Source of the DNA: Anthoceros angustus
Lineage: Eukaryota; Plantae; Anthocerotophyta
Assembly: GCA_010909165.1 (NCBI GenBank)
Contig: MU008157.1
Location: 310,001-374,000 of the forward strand
DNA: 64,000 nucleotides
Direction of reading: 5' to 3'
Part shown: positions 1 through 10,700 of the stretch, in pieces
How the letters are laid out: each line of letters opens with the position of its first letter
Position numbering within the stretch: position 1 is the first letter of the stretch
The notes under the pieces: generated by a model
Database searches by the model: none
Told to the model about the DNA's origin: nothing
Seen by the model: the letters and a program-made list of their open reading frames with translations, nothing else
Program-made: the position numbers and the translations under genes

Positions 1-290
1 CTCCTGCTCCATTTGACCATACACAACAAGCGCTTCATGTCCGAGCCCTTGCTGTGCATACCTATCAATCAGGCGGTCCATGTCACCACATCCTTTGCGG
101 CCAAGCTGTCAAAAACGTGGCGTGCATCTTCCAGTTCACCACATTTCATCTTCCACACAGTTACCCACCACCACGTCATCCAGCAGTCCTCTTCAACAAT
201 ATGTGACTGCACCTACCTGCCCTTCTGTAAGGAATCCGTGCTTCCACAAGCCTTCAGAAGGCAAGCAAAGTAAAATGGTCAGCCAAAGAG
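1..290 (-). pseudogene. PLS-class PPR fragment (L-S-P motifs), frameshifted, runs off the window start
   Basis: Minus strand reads CLLKACGSTDSLQKGRQVHSHIVEE, KCGELEDARHVFDSLAAKDVVTWTA and YAQQGLGHEALVVYGQMEQE. The VDMYA segment is lost and there are two frame breaks relative to the intact paralogue at 5170-7179. Confidence 0.85.
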
Positions 291-373
291 TAGAAAAGAT
301 GTAAAAGCAAACTTCTCTGCATCTTTCCTAATCTTCTCTGAATCTTTTCTACTGTTCAGTATCAGTATCGCAC

Positions 374-1390
374 TATGGAATACCGATCTCGTCACTAAGC
401 CGGGTGTGTGTGACAGGTTTTTTTCTTCCGGTACTCTACAGGAAGATGCCTGCGCATCTTCAAGATGCCTTCCTGACATACGCGCCACATCAGCGGACGA
501 CGGGCCGTAGGCGGCACAAAGGTTTTGTCTCGGAACTTGGCCCCTGGTGTTCCGATCTTGTCATCCACTTTTCTTTCTGCCATTTAGGGTTTATGTTTGG
601 CACGCACACATACTCATGTTTAGGGTTTTCCCACCACACATGGACATATATATCGGATCGGACATGTCTCGGCCCCGGTGCAAGCCCCCGACTCTGGGCA
701 TGGTACTCGTTCAAGACTCTGGGCATGGTACTCGTTCAAGACTGCGTTTCCCTTTCACCGTCGCCCGTGGCCCCGGATGTTAGCCGCGCATGTTCGATCC
801 AGTGTTTTCCCCATCGTGCATCTCCTTTGCGTGCCAAACAAGGTGGCCATCGAAGGTGATGTGTACAGATGCTAATCGTGCAAAGCTTCCTCCCTACCGG
901 CACTTCACCTTTGAAACCGAACACGACTGCGGGAAGGAAACCAGTGCAATGCAGGCATTACAGATCTGAAAATGCTTCACACTCTCCCCCTCCTCAACCT
1001 CATCAAACAGGGCAATGTCACTGCGTCCTACAAATCCACTTCCAGTCCTACCAGACACCTGCCAGAACTGCCGCATGCTGCCGTTCAACCAAAAAAACAT
1101 CCGAACATAGTCTGCGCTCACACCTCATGGTGGGAGCGCTCACAAACAAAAAAAAACACCTCCCTACGCCACAGTCAGTCGCGGAAGAGCCTCAGAGCAG
1201 GCCCTCCATCCTCTTGTGCTCCGGAACTTGGCTCCTCCTCTGGCAGACTTCCGTTCGCCCCCTGTGCTGCCTGCTGTGGAGGGGCCGAATGTCCCTCCGC
1301 ACCGGACATGGGAGGTGCACCGGAGTGCCATGGCAGGGCCAGGTGCACCAGCCTCGTCACCCGGCTTAGTGACGAGATCGGTATTCCATA
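374..1390. mobile_element. Non-autonomous DNA transposon (about 1017 bp) with perfect 33-bp TIRs and a TCGCAC target-site duplication; superfamily unassigned
   Basis: TATGGAATACCGATCTCGTCACTAAGCCGGGTG at 374-406 has its exact reverse complement at 1358-1390. TCGCAC lies directly at 368-373 and 1391-1396 (TATCGCAC if read as 8 bp, overlapping the right TIR). Confidence 0.85.
690..743. repeat. Exact 25-bp tandem duplication inside the TIR element
   Basis: GACTCTGGGCATGGTACTCGTTCAA at 690-714 and 715-739. Confidence 0.95.
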
Positions 1391-4332
1391 TCGCACCAAC
1401 TTTCATCAACAACAACTTTGTTTATGTCTATCAGCATCGTTTAATCAATGTCGTCATAACTTTCATCAGAACTCAGAAGAGGAATTCGCATTATGCTTAG
1501 TGTTTATGCATATTTCGGGATAAATATGGGTTAAATGACTGAATACACTTCACATGCAAGCGATTCCTGCTCTCTTCACGCACCTTTCAGTGCGTTGGTT
1601 GACATGTCCGATTCATGGGTGCCCGGAGCGTTGCATTTCATGCGCAGACGGAGAGATGGGGCCTCTTCTAGCGGCCGCATTTTGGGACTAAAGTCTTGGA
1701 GGGATAACATTTTGAGATTGGCGCGTTCCCCTTGGACCAGGGCTCAAAAAGTCTCTCAAAAGACCACAGGACTGAACTGTTCTTGATGCGAGTGTTTCAT
1801 GTCCTCGACTGGCTCTACGAGTGTTTTGGACAGCGTCACAAATTGTGGTGTTTGCGTATGCCACGGCAAGTAAAGACTCAGTACGCTTCCTAAGGGTGGT
1901 GTGGTCATGCGCAGGACCTAGGCGTCCGGCCACGGACTAAATAGTGTGTTGTGCTCCTCATCTTCTTGAGAGGGTCCCTGTTAGATGGCCACAGTATGGC
2001 AAGCGGACCCGTTGTGGATCAACTAGTTGGTGGGTGTACAGGGATTCGAGGGAGCTCCGCTCACACCTTTGAAACCGAACACGACTGTGGGAAGGAAACC
2101 CGTGCAATGTCGGCATTACAGATCTGAAAATGCTTCACACTCTCCCCCTCATCAACCTCATCAAACAGGGCAATGTCACTGCGTCCTACAAATCCACTTC
2201 CAGTCCTACCAGACACTTGCCAGGACTGCCGCATGCTGCCATTCAACCAAAAAAACATCCGAACATAGTCTGCGCTCACAAACAAAAAAAACATCTCCCT
2301 ACGCCCTAGTCAGTCGCGGAAGAGCCTCAGAGCAGGCCCTCCATCCTCTTGTGCTCCGGAACTTGGCTGCTCCTCTGGAGGACTTCCGTTCGCCCCCTGT
2401 GCTGCCTGCTGTGGAGGGGCCGAATGTCCCTCCGCACCGGACATGGGAGGTGCACCCGGTTGTGCCATGGCAGGGCCAGGTGCACCAGCCTCGTCACCCG
2501 GCTTAGTGACGAGATCGGTATTCCATATCGCACCAACTTTCATCAACAACAACTTTGTTTATGTCTATCAGCATCGTTTAATCAATGTCGTCATAACTTT
2601 CATCAGAACTCAGAAGAGGAATTCGCATTATGCTTAGTGTTTATGCATATTTCGGGATAAATATGGGTTAAATGACTGAATACACTTCACATGCAAGCGA
2701 TTCCTGCTCTCTTCACGCACCTTTCAGTGCGTTGGTTGACATGTCCGATTCATGGGTGCCGGGCGTTGCATTTCATGCGCAGACGGAGAGATGGGGCCTC
2801 TTCTAGCGGCCGCATTTTGGGACTAAAGTCTTGGAGGGATAACATTTTGAGATTGGCGCGTTCCCTTGGACCAGGGCTCAAAAGTCTCTCAAAAGACCAC
2901 AGGACTGAACTGTTCTTGATGCGAGTGTTTCATGTCCTCGACTGGCTCTACGAGTGTTTTGGACAGCGTCACAAATTGTGGTGTTTGCGTATGCCACGGC
3001 AAGTAAAGACTCAGTACGCTTCCTAAGGGTGGTGTGGTCATGCGCAGGACCTAGGCGTCCGGCCACGGACTAAATAGTGTGTTGTGCTCCTCATCTTCTT
3101 GAGAGGGTCCCTGTTAGATGGCCACAGTATGGCAAGCGGACCCGTTGTGGATCAACTAGTTGGTGGGTGTACAGGGATTCGAGGAGGAGCACCCGCTCAC
3201 CTCACCTTAGGGAGTCAGCTGCTGGAAAACTATCAAGCGTGCAGGTGCAGCACCGTTAGGAACCCTGCACTTCCACTTTCGAAAATGTATGGGCGGGAAG
3301 GATTTCAGCGATGGCCGTCGCCAGAGCAGGCCCTCCATCCTCTTGTGCTCCGGAACTTGGCTGCTCCTCTGGAGGACTTCCGTTCGCCCCTGTGCTGCCT
3401 GCTGTGGAGGGCCGAATGTCCCTCCGCACCGGACATGGGAGGTGCACCGGTTGTGCCATGGCAGGGCCAGGTGCACCAGCCTCGTCACCCGGCTTAGTGA
3501 CGAGATCGGTATTCCATATCGCACCAACTTTCATCAACAACAACTTTGTTTATGTCTATCAGCATCGTTTAATCAATGTCGTCATAACTTTCATCAGAAC
3601 TCAGAAGAGGAATTCGCATTATGCTTAGTGTTTATGCATATTTCGGGATAAATATGGGTTAAATGACTGAATACACTTCACATGCAAGCGATTCCTGCTC
3701 TCTTCACGCACCTTTCAGTGCGTTGGTTGACATGTCCGATTCATGGGTGCCGGGCGTTGCATTTCATGCGCAGACGGAGAGATGGGGCCTCTTCTAGCGG
3801 CCGCATTTTGGGACTAAAGTCTTGGAGGGATAACATTTTGAGATTGGCGCGTTCCCCTTGGACCAGGGCTCAAAAAGTCTCTCAAAAGACCACAGGACTG
3901 AACTGTTCTTGATGCGAGTGTTTCATGTCCTCGACTGGCTCTACGAGTGTTTTGGACAGCGTCACAAATTGTGGTGTTTGCGTATGCCACGGCAAGTAAA
4001 GACTCCAGTACGCTTCCTAAGGGTGGTGTGGTCATGCGCAGGACCTAGGCGTCCGGCCACGGACTAAATAGTGTGTTGTGCTCCTCATCTTCTTGAGAGG
4101 GGTCCCTGTTAGATGGCCACAGTATGGCAAGCGGACCCGTTGTGGATCCAACTAGTTGGTGGGTGTACAGGGATTCGAGGAGGAGCACCCGCTCACCTCA
4201 CCTTAGGGAGTCAGCTGCTGGAAAACTATCAAGCGTGCAGGTGCAGCACCGTTAGGAACCCTGCACTTCCACTTTCGGGAAAATGTATGGGCGGGGAAGG
4301 ATTTCCCAGCGATGGCCGTCGCCAAGAGCAGG
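906..4332 (+). repeat. Three tandem copies of [right part of TIR element + about 600-bp upstream region + 5' stub of PPR gene]
   Basis: Right TIR plus TCGCAC recurs at 1358, 2495 and 3486. The PPR start ATGGCCACAGTATGGCAAGCG recurs at about 1984, 3119 and 4113. Junctions are at about 2061-2067 (shared TCAC/CACC) and 3323-3330 (shared AGAGCAGG). Confidence 0.92.
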
Positions 4333-7179
4333 AGCTCTTGTGGCAACAATTTTTTCTCAACCCTACCATGTGGTGGGACAACAGACGAGATAAGAAGAGC
4401 TCCCGTTCGCCTGACTTCCGGCGTAAGGGGTCCGGCGAGGTCCTGTGGTTAAACAGCATGTTCAAGCCAGATTGGGTGGATGAGCAGCTCGTTTCTTTAG
4501 ATATGCAGATGGGTTCTGGTGCCTCTCCTTGCAAGCATAAGCCTGAACCCGGCAGGCTTGCAGGATCGGAATTGGGCGTTGTGACGGCTGGGACCGTGAG
4601 CACGTTATGTCAGCAGGGGAAGCTTACTGAGGCTGTTGGAGTGGAATCCATGCTGCAGACAGACTGTCCTATTTCTCACCTGACCCTAGGGAGTCAACTG
4701 CTGGGAAGCAACCAAGCCTCCAGGCCCAGGAGTGTAAGGAACCCAGCACTTCCACTTCCAAAGTGTGTGGGCGGGGAGGGATTTGCCAGCGATGGTCGGC
4801 GCCAGGAGCAGGAGGTCCTGTGGCAAGAATTTTTTTTGGACCCTACCATGTGGTGGGATAACAGACGAGATAACTCCCATTTGCCAGACTTCCGGCGTAA
4901 GGGGTCCGGCGAGGTCCTGTGGTTAAACAACGTGTTCAAGCCAGATTGGGTGGATGAGCAGCTCGTTTCTTTGGATATGCGGATGGGTCATGGTGCCTTT
5001 CCTTCCAAGTATGAGCCTGAACCTGGCAGGAGTGCAGGATCGGAAATGGGCGTCGTCACGGCTGTGACCGTAAGCATGTTATGTCAGCAGGGAAGCTTAC
5101 TGAGGCTGTTGGAGTGGAATCCATGCTGCAGACAGACTCTGTCCTATTTCTCAGTCTCTGTTTTACACTGTGCTGAAACTGTGTACAGCTCAAAAGGATC
5201 TGGTTCTGGGTCAACAAGTTCATGATCTCACTGTCAAACTTGGGTATGAGTCCAATACGTACTTGGGGAACCATATCTTGCGCATGTATGCATGTGGAGG
5301 AAGGCTACACGAGGCCATGGATGTGTTCACCAGGGTAGGCAAGCCAGATGCTTTCATGTGGTTTTCTATCATATCTGCACACGCTAAACATGGGAAGCCT
5401 AACGAGGCCATACAACTGTACCATGAGATGCGTAGTTCAGGTGCAAAAGCAGATGCTCACGTCTTTGTAGCTGCCCTTCAAGCTTGTGCATTTGCCTCAG
5501 ACTTGGAATCTGGCAGAAAAGTGCACGCTGATGTGCTGCACAGTGGTATTCCTCTTGACTTATTTGTTGGTGCCTGCCTGGTGGACATGTATGCAAAATG
5601 TGGCGAACTGAGCAAAGCACGAGATGTTTTTGACAGCTTGGCCACAAAAAATGTGGTTACATGGAATGCCCTGATTGCCGGGTATGTAAATCATGGGCTT
5701 GGTCAAGAGGCGCTTGTTCTGCATGAACAAATGGAGCAGGACAGCCTGCTTGACCCTGACCATGTCACTTTTGCTTCCCTTCTGAAGGCCTGTGCAAGCG
5801 GTTGTGCTTTATTGAAGGGGAGGCAGCTGCACTCTCAGATTGTGGAAAGAGGACAGCTAGATAACATAGTGTTGGGGACCTGTCTGGTGGACATGTATGC
5901 AAAATGTGGTGAACTGGAAGAAGCACACCAGGTTTTTGACAGCTTGACCAGAAAGGATGTGGTGGCATGGACGGCACTGATCGCAGGGTATGCACAACAA
6001 GGGCTCGGCCATGAGGCGCTCCTACTGTATGGACAAATGGAGCAGGAGGGCCTGCTTGTGGCTGACCATGTTACTTTTGCTTGCCTTCTAAAGGCATGCG
6101 CAAGTGTTGGTGCCATACAGACGGGCAGGCAGCTGCACTCACAGATTGTTGAAAGCGGACAGCTACATAACATAGTTGTGGGCACCTGCCTAGTGGACAT
6201 GTATGCAAAATGTGGCGAACTGGAAGCTGCACGGGGGGTTTTCGACAGCTTGCCCACAAAGAATGTGGTGACATGGACGGCCCTCATCGCCGGGTGTGGT
6301 ACTTCTGATGATGGTCACAAGGCACTAGCTTATTATGAGGAGATGTTAGCTGCTGGTATCCAGCCTGATGATGCTATTTATACTTGCATTTTAGTAGCAT
6401 GCAGTCATATTGGACTGGTGGACGAGGGTCGCAAGCACTTTGATTCCATGGTTGAACAGCATGGTATCAAACCTACCCTGGAGCATTATACTTGCATGAT
6501 TGATCTGCTTGGGCGTGCAGGCCGTTTAGATGAGGCAGAGAACATGCTGTTGTCATGTGAGAGCCAAAGCAATGTTGTGGGTTTGACGTCTTTGCTGAAT
6601 GCCTGCAAAAGTCACGGGGATATAGAGAGGGCAGCAAGGTGTTTTGAGAGGCTCGTTAAACTAGAGCCTCAGAATGCATCCGCATATGTGCTCATGGCCA
6701 ATGCCTATGCAGATGCAGGTAGGTGGATCGATGTAGATAGGATTGAAACACAGAGGATGCTAGCTGGAGCTAAGAAGAAACCTGCAGTGGCGAGCATTGA
6801 GGTGAAGAAGCAGGTACATAGGTTTGTGGTGGGAGAAAACAGGGATAATCTTGTGCCCAAGGTAGAGAGCACAAATGCACGTCTGAAGCAGGAAGGCGGC
6901 CACGTACCACACACAAAGTTGGTGTTGAAGCCACTGTCCGAGAAGGAAAAGGAAGATGCTCTCTGCGGGCATGCTGAGAAGCTAGCTCTGGCGTTCGGTC
7001 TCTTGAACACTCCAGATGGGACACCTCTGCTGGTAACGAAGAATCTCCGCATGTGCAGTGACTGCCACAGTTCCACGGAGATCATGTCAAGGGTTGAAAA
7101 GAGAGACATTGTTGTGAGGGATGGGTACCGTTTGCATCGATTCGTAGATGGTTGTTGCAGTTGTGAGGGTCGACCGTGA
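4113..7179 (+). CDS. PLS-class PPR-E1-E2-DYW:KP protein ending in GRP, candidate organellar U-to-C RNA editing factor, with two N-terminal OSB/PDF-like modules; two small indels at about 5091 and 5138 break the frame in this assembly
   Basis: ORFs 4113-5225 and 5170-7179 give 14 L/S/P motifs ending P2-L2-S2, then E1 (NVVGLTSLLNACKSHG) and E2 (NASAYVLMANAYADAG). The DYW domain has KKPAVASIEV in place of the PG box, HAEKLA, CSDCH and terminal CSCEGRP. The frame can be restored by comparison with the internal duplicate at 4612-4675 and with the minus-strand paralogue (QQGKLTEAVG..QTDCPIS.SLFYTVL). Confidence 0.9.
4194..5150 (+). repeat. In-frame diverged tandem duplication of an about 160-aa N-terminal module containing the PDF-like motif
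   Basis: HLTLGSQLL...WQQFFLNPTMWWDNRRD...PDFRRKGSGEVLWLN...QQGKLTEAVG...DCPIS occurs at about 4194-4675 and again at about 4676-5150 with many substitutions but the frame preserved. Confidence 0.9.
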
Positions 7180-7376
7180 GATTGACGAAGTAGCCAGAGT
7201 TGTGCTCGAAAGGTGAACTGTAGAATGTTGGTGTTGGGAATCCTCCTTGGCGAAGGTGGATGCTGTAAAACTACGTGACTCCGCTAAGAAAAATTGTCAT
7301 ACATCCGTTTTGTCCATGAATCCCAAGAGTAAGGCTTGAAGGCCGACGTACAAAGGACGAACCTCCTTTGGGCACA

Positions 7377-7514
7377 CCATCCACTTGTGAGGGAATGTAT
7401 ACATACATGCATCAATATGCCTCATGCCTGCTGACCGTGCGGGCCCAATTCGTGCACATGTATGGACATGTGGCATGTTTGGTGCATGTATGTATATCCA
7501 TCACAAGTAGATGG
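7377..7514. other. Imperfect inverted repeat (about 43-bp arms, 50-nt loop) between the convergent PPR genes
   Basis: Left arm CCATCCACTTGTGAGGGAATGTATACATACATGCATCAATATGCC (7377-7421) pairs with right arm GGCATGTTTGGTGCATGTATGTATATCCATCACAAGTAGATGG (7472-7514), with two mismatches, two G-U pairs and small bulges. Confidence 0.85.
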
Positions 7515-7725
7515 ACCGGCCAGAGGAGGATCGATTGCGTGGCCCTCAGGCCGTACTCTTGGCGTGCATGGCCATCTCGGTGGGAGGCTCCAGAACGGTC
7601 TTAGCAACCCTATGTATCTGGTCTGTTGAGGTCCGAGTTATGCCAGCGTACATGCCCTTGAGAAGAAAAGCTATTTTCCCCTGGCGTACACTCTAGAGCA
7701 CGACTGGACAAGTTCATCGTCACTC

Positions 7726-10700
7726 TCACGGTCGACCCTTACAACTGCAACAACCACCTGCAAATCGATGCACACGGTACCCATTCATCGCAACAATGTC
7801 TCTATTCTGAACCCTTGACATAATCTCGGTGGAACTGTGGCGGTCACTGCACATCCGTAGATACTTCGTTACCAGCAGAGGTGTGCCCCTAGGGGTGTTC
7901 AGGCGACCAAACGCCAGAGCCAGCTTCTCAGCATGACCACAAAGGGCATCTTCCTTTTGCTTCTCACCCACTGGCTTCAACACCAATTTTGTGTCTTGTA
8001 CATGCCCCCGCTCCTGCTTCAGACGTGCATTCATGCTCTCTACTTTGATCGCAATATCATCTCTGTTTCCTCCCACCACAAATGTATGTACCTGCTTTTT
8101 CACCTCAACGCTCGCAACTGTAGGCTTTTTCTTAGCTCCTGCTATCATTCTCTGTTTTTCAACCATCTCTACATCGGTCAACATTCCTGCATCTGCATAG
8201 GCATTGGCCATGAGCACATATGCGGACGCCTGCTGAGGTTCCAGTGTAACAAGACTTTGAAAACAGCGCGTCGCCCTCTCTACATCCCCGTGATTTTTGC
8301 AGGCATTCAGCAAACACCTCAACCCCACAACATTGCTTTGGCTCTCACATGATCATAGCATGTTCTCTGCCTCCTGTAAATGACCTGCGCGCCCAAGAAG
8401 ATCAATCATACAATTGTAATGCCCAATAGTAGGTTTGATGCCATGTTGTTCAGGGATGGAATCAAAGTGCTTCCTACCCTCATGTACCAGTCCCTCATGA
8501 CTGCATGCTGCCAAAACACAAGTGAATGTAGCCTCATTAGGCTGAATACCAGCGACTACCATCTCCTCAAAACAAGCCATTGCGTAGTGACCTTCATCAC
8601 AAGTTCCACACCCAGATATCAAGGAATTCCATGTCACCACATCCTTTGTGGGCAAGCTGTCAAAAACCTGGCATGCCTTTTTCAGTTCACCGCACTTTGC
8701 ATACATGTCCAAAAGGCAGGTGCCCACCTGTATGCTATCCAGCAGTCCTCTTTCCACAATCTGTGAGTGCAACTGCCCACGCTTTTGTTGGGCACCAGTG
8801 CTTGCACAGGCATTCAGAAGGCAAGCAAAAGTAACATGGTTAGCCAAAATCACACCCTCTTGCTCCATTTGATCATACAGAACAAGAGCTTTTTCACCGA
8901 GCTCTTGCTGTGCATACCCTGCTATCAGGGCATTCCATGTCACCACATCCTTTGTGGCCAAGCTGTCAAAAACCTGGCGTGCCTCTTTCAGTTCGCCACA
9001 TTTTGCATACATGTCCACAAGGCAGGTGCCCACCTGTATGCTATCCAGCAGCCCTCTTCCCACAATCTGTGAGTGCAGCTGCCTGCCCTTTTGTAAGGCA
9101 ACAGTGCTTGCACAGGCAGTCAGAAGGCAAACAAAAGTAACATGATTACCCAAAACCAGGCCCTCCTGCTCCATTTGTCCATGCAGAAAAAGCGCCTCCT
9201 GGCCAAGCCCTTGCTGTGCATAGCCAGCTATTAGGGCATTCCATGTCACCACATTTCTTGAGGCCAAGCTGTCAAAAACATCTCGTGCTTTGCTCAGTTC
9301 GCCACATTTTGCATACATGTCCACCAGGCAGTTGCCCAACACTATGTTACCCAGCAGGCCTCTATCCACAATCTGTGAGTGCAGCTGCCTGCCCTTCTGT
9401 AAGACACCAGTGCTTGCACAGGCATTCAGATGGCAAGCAAGAGTAACATGGTCAGCAATGAGGCCCTCTTGTTCCATTTGTTCATACAGAACAAGAGCTT
9501 CTTGGCCGAGGCTGTGCTGTGCATACCCAGCTATCAGTGAGTTCCATGTCACCACATCCTTTGAGGCCAAGCTTTCAAAAACCCCTCGTGCCTCTCCCAG
9601 TTCGCCACATTTTGCATAGATGTCCACCAAGCAGTTGCCCACCAGTACGTTATCCAGCTGTCCTCTTTCCACAATCTGGGAATGCAGCTGCCTGCCCTTC
9701 TGTAAGGCACCACTGCTCGCACAGGCCTTCAGAAGGCAAGCAAAGGTAACATGGTCAGCCAAAATGAGGCCCTCTTGCTCCATTTGCTCATACAGAACAA
9801 GCGCCTCCTGGCCGAGCCCTTGCTGTGCATACCCAGATAACAGTGTATTCCACGTCACCACATCCTTTGTCACCAAGCTTTCAAAAACCCCTCGCGCACA
9901 TTAGTTCACCACATTTTGCATACATGTCCACCAGGCAGTTGCCCACCAGTATGTTACCTTGCTGTACCCGTTCCATATCTGTGAGTGCAGCTGCCTGCCC
10001 TTCTGTAAGGCACCAGCACTTGCACAGGCCTTCAGAAGACAAACAAAAGTAACATGGTCACCCACAATCAGGCCCTCTTGCTCCATTTGCTCATACAGAA
10101 CAAGCGCCTCCTGGCCGAGCCCTTGCTGTGCATACCCAGATAACAGTGTATTCCACGTCACCACATCCTTTGTCACCAAGCTTTCAAAAACCCCTCGCGC
10201 ACATTAGTTCACCACATTTTGCATACATGTCCACCAGGCAGTTGCCCACCAGTATGTTACCTTGCTGTACCCGTTCCATATCTGTGAGTGCAGCTGCCTG
10301 CCCTTCTGTAAGGCACCAGCACTTGCACAGGCCTTCAGAAGACAAACAAAAGTAACATGGTCACCCACAATCAGGCCCTCCTGCTCCATTCTTTCATACA
10401 AAACAAGCGCCTCTTGCCCGAGCCCTTGCTGTGCATACACAGAAATGAGGGACGTCCATGTCACCACATCCTTTTCGGACAAGCTTTCAAAAACATGTCG
10501 CGCATCTTTCAGTTCGCCACATTTTGCATACATGCCCACCAGGCAGTTGCCAACAAAGAAGTTAGGAGGAATTACACTGTCTAACACATCACAGTGCACT
10601 TTTCTCCCCGATTCCAAGTCGGCAGCACATGTACAAGCTTGATGGTTCCCCAAGTATGCAGTCGACTCGTAACCAAGTTTGACAGTGAGATCATGAACCC

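Noticed and set aside
8350-8356. Idea that the in-frame TGA is repaired by U-to-C editing
   Set aside because: Reverse editing is organellar and this is a nuclear gene. The paralogue has Leu here whereas editing would give Arg, and other lesions exist.
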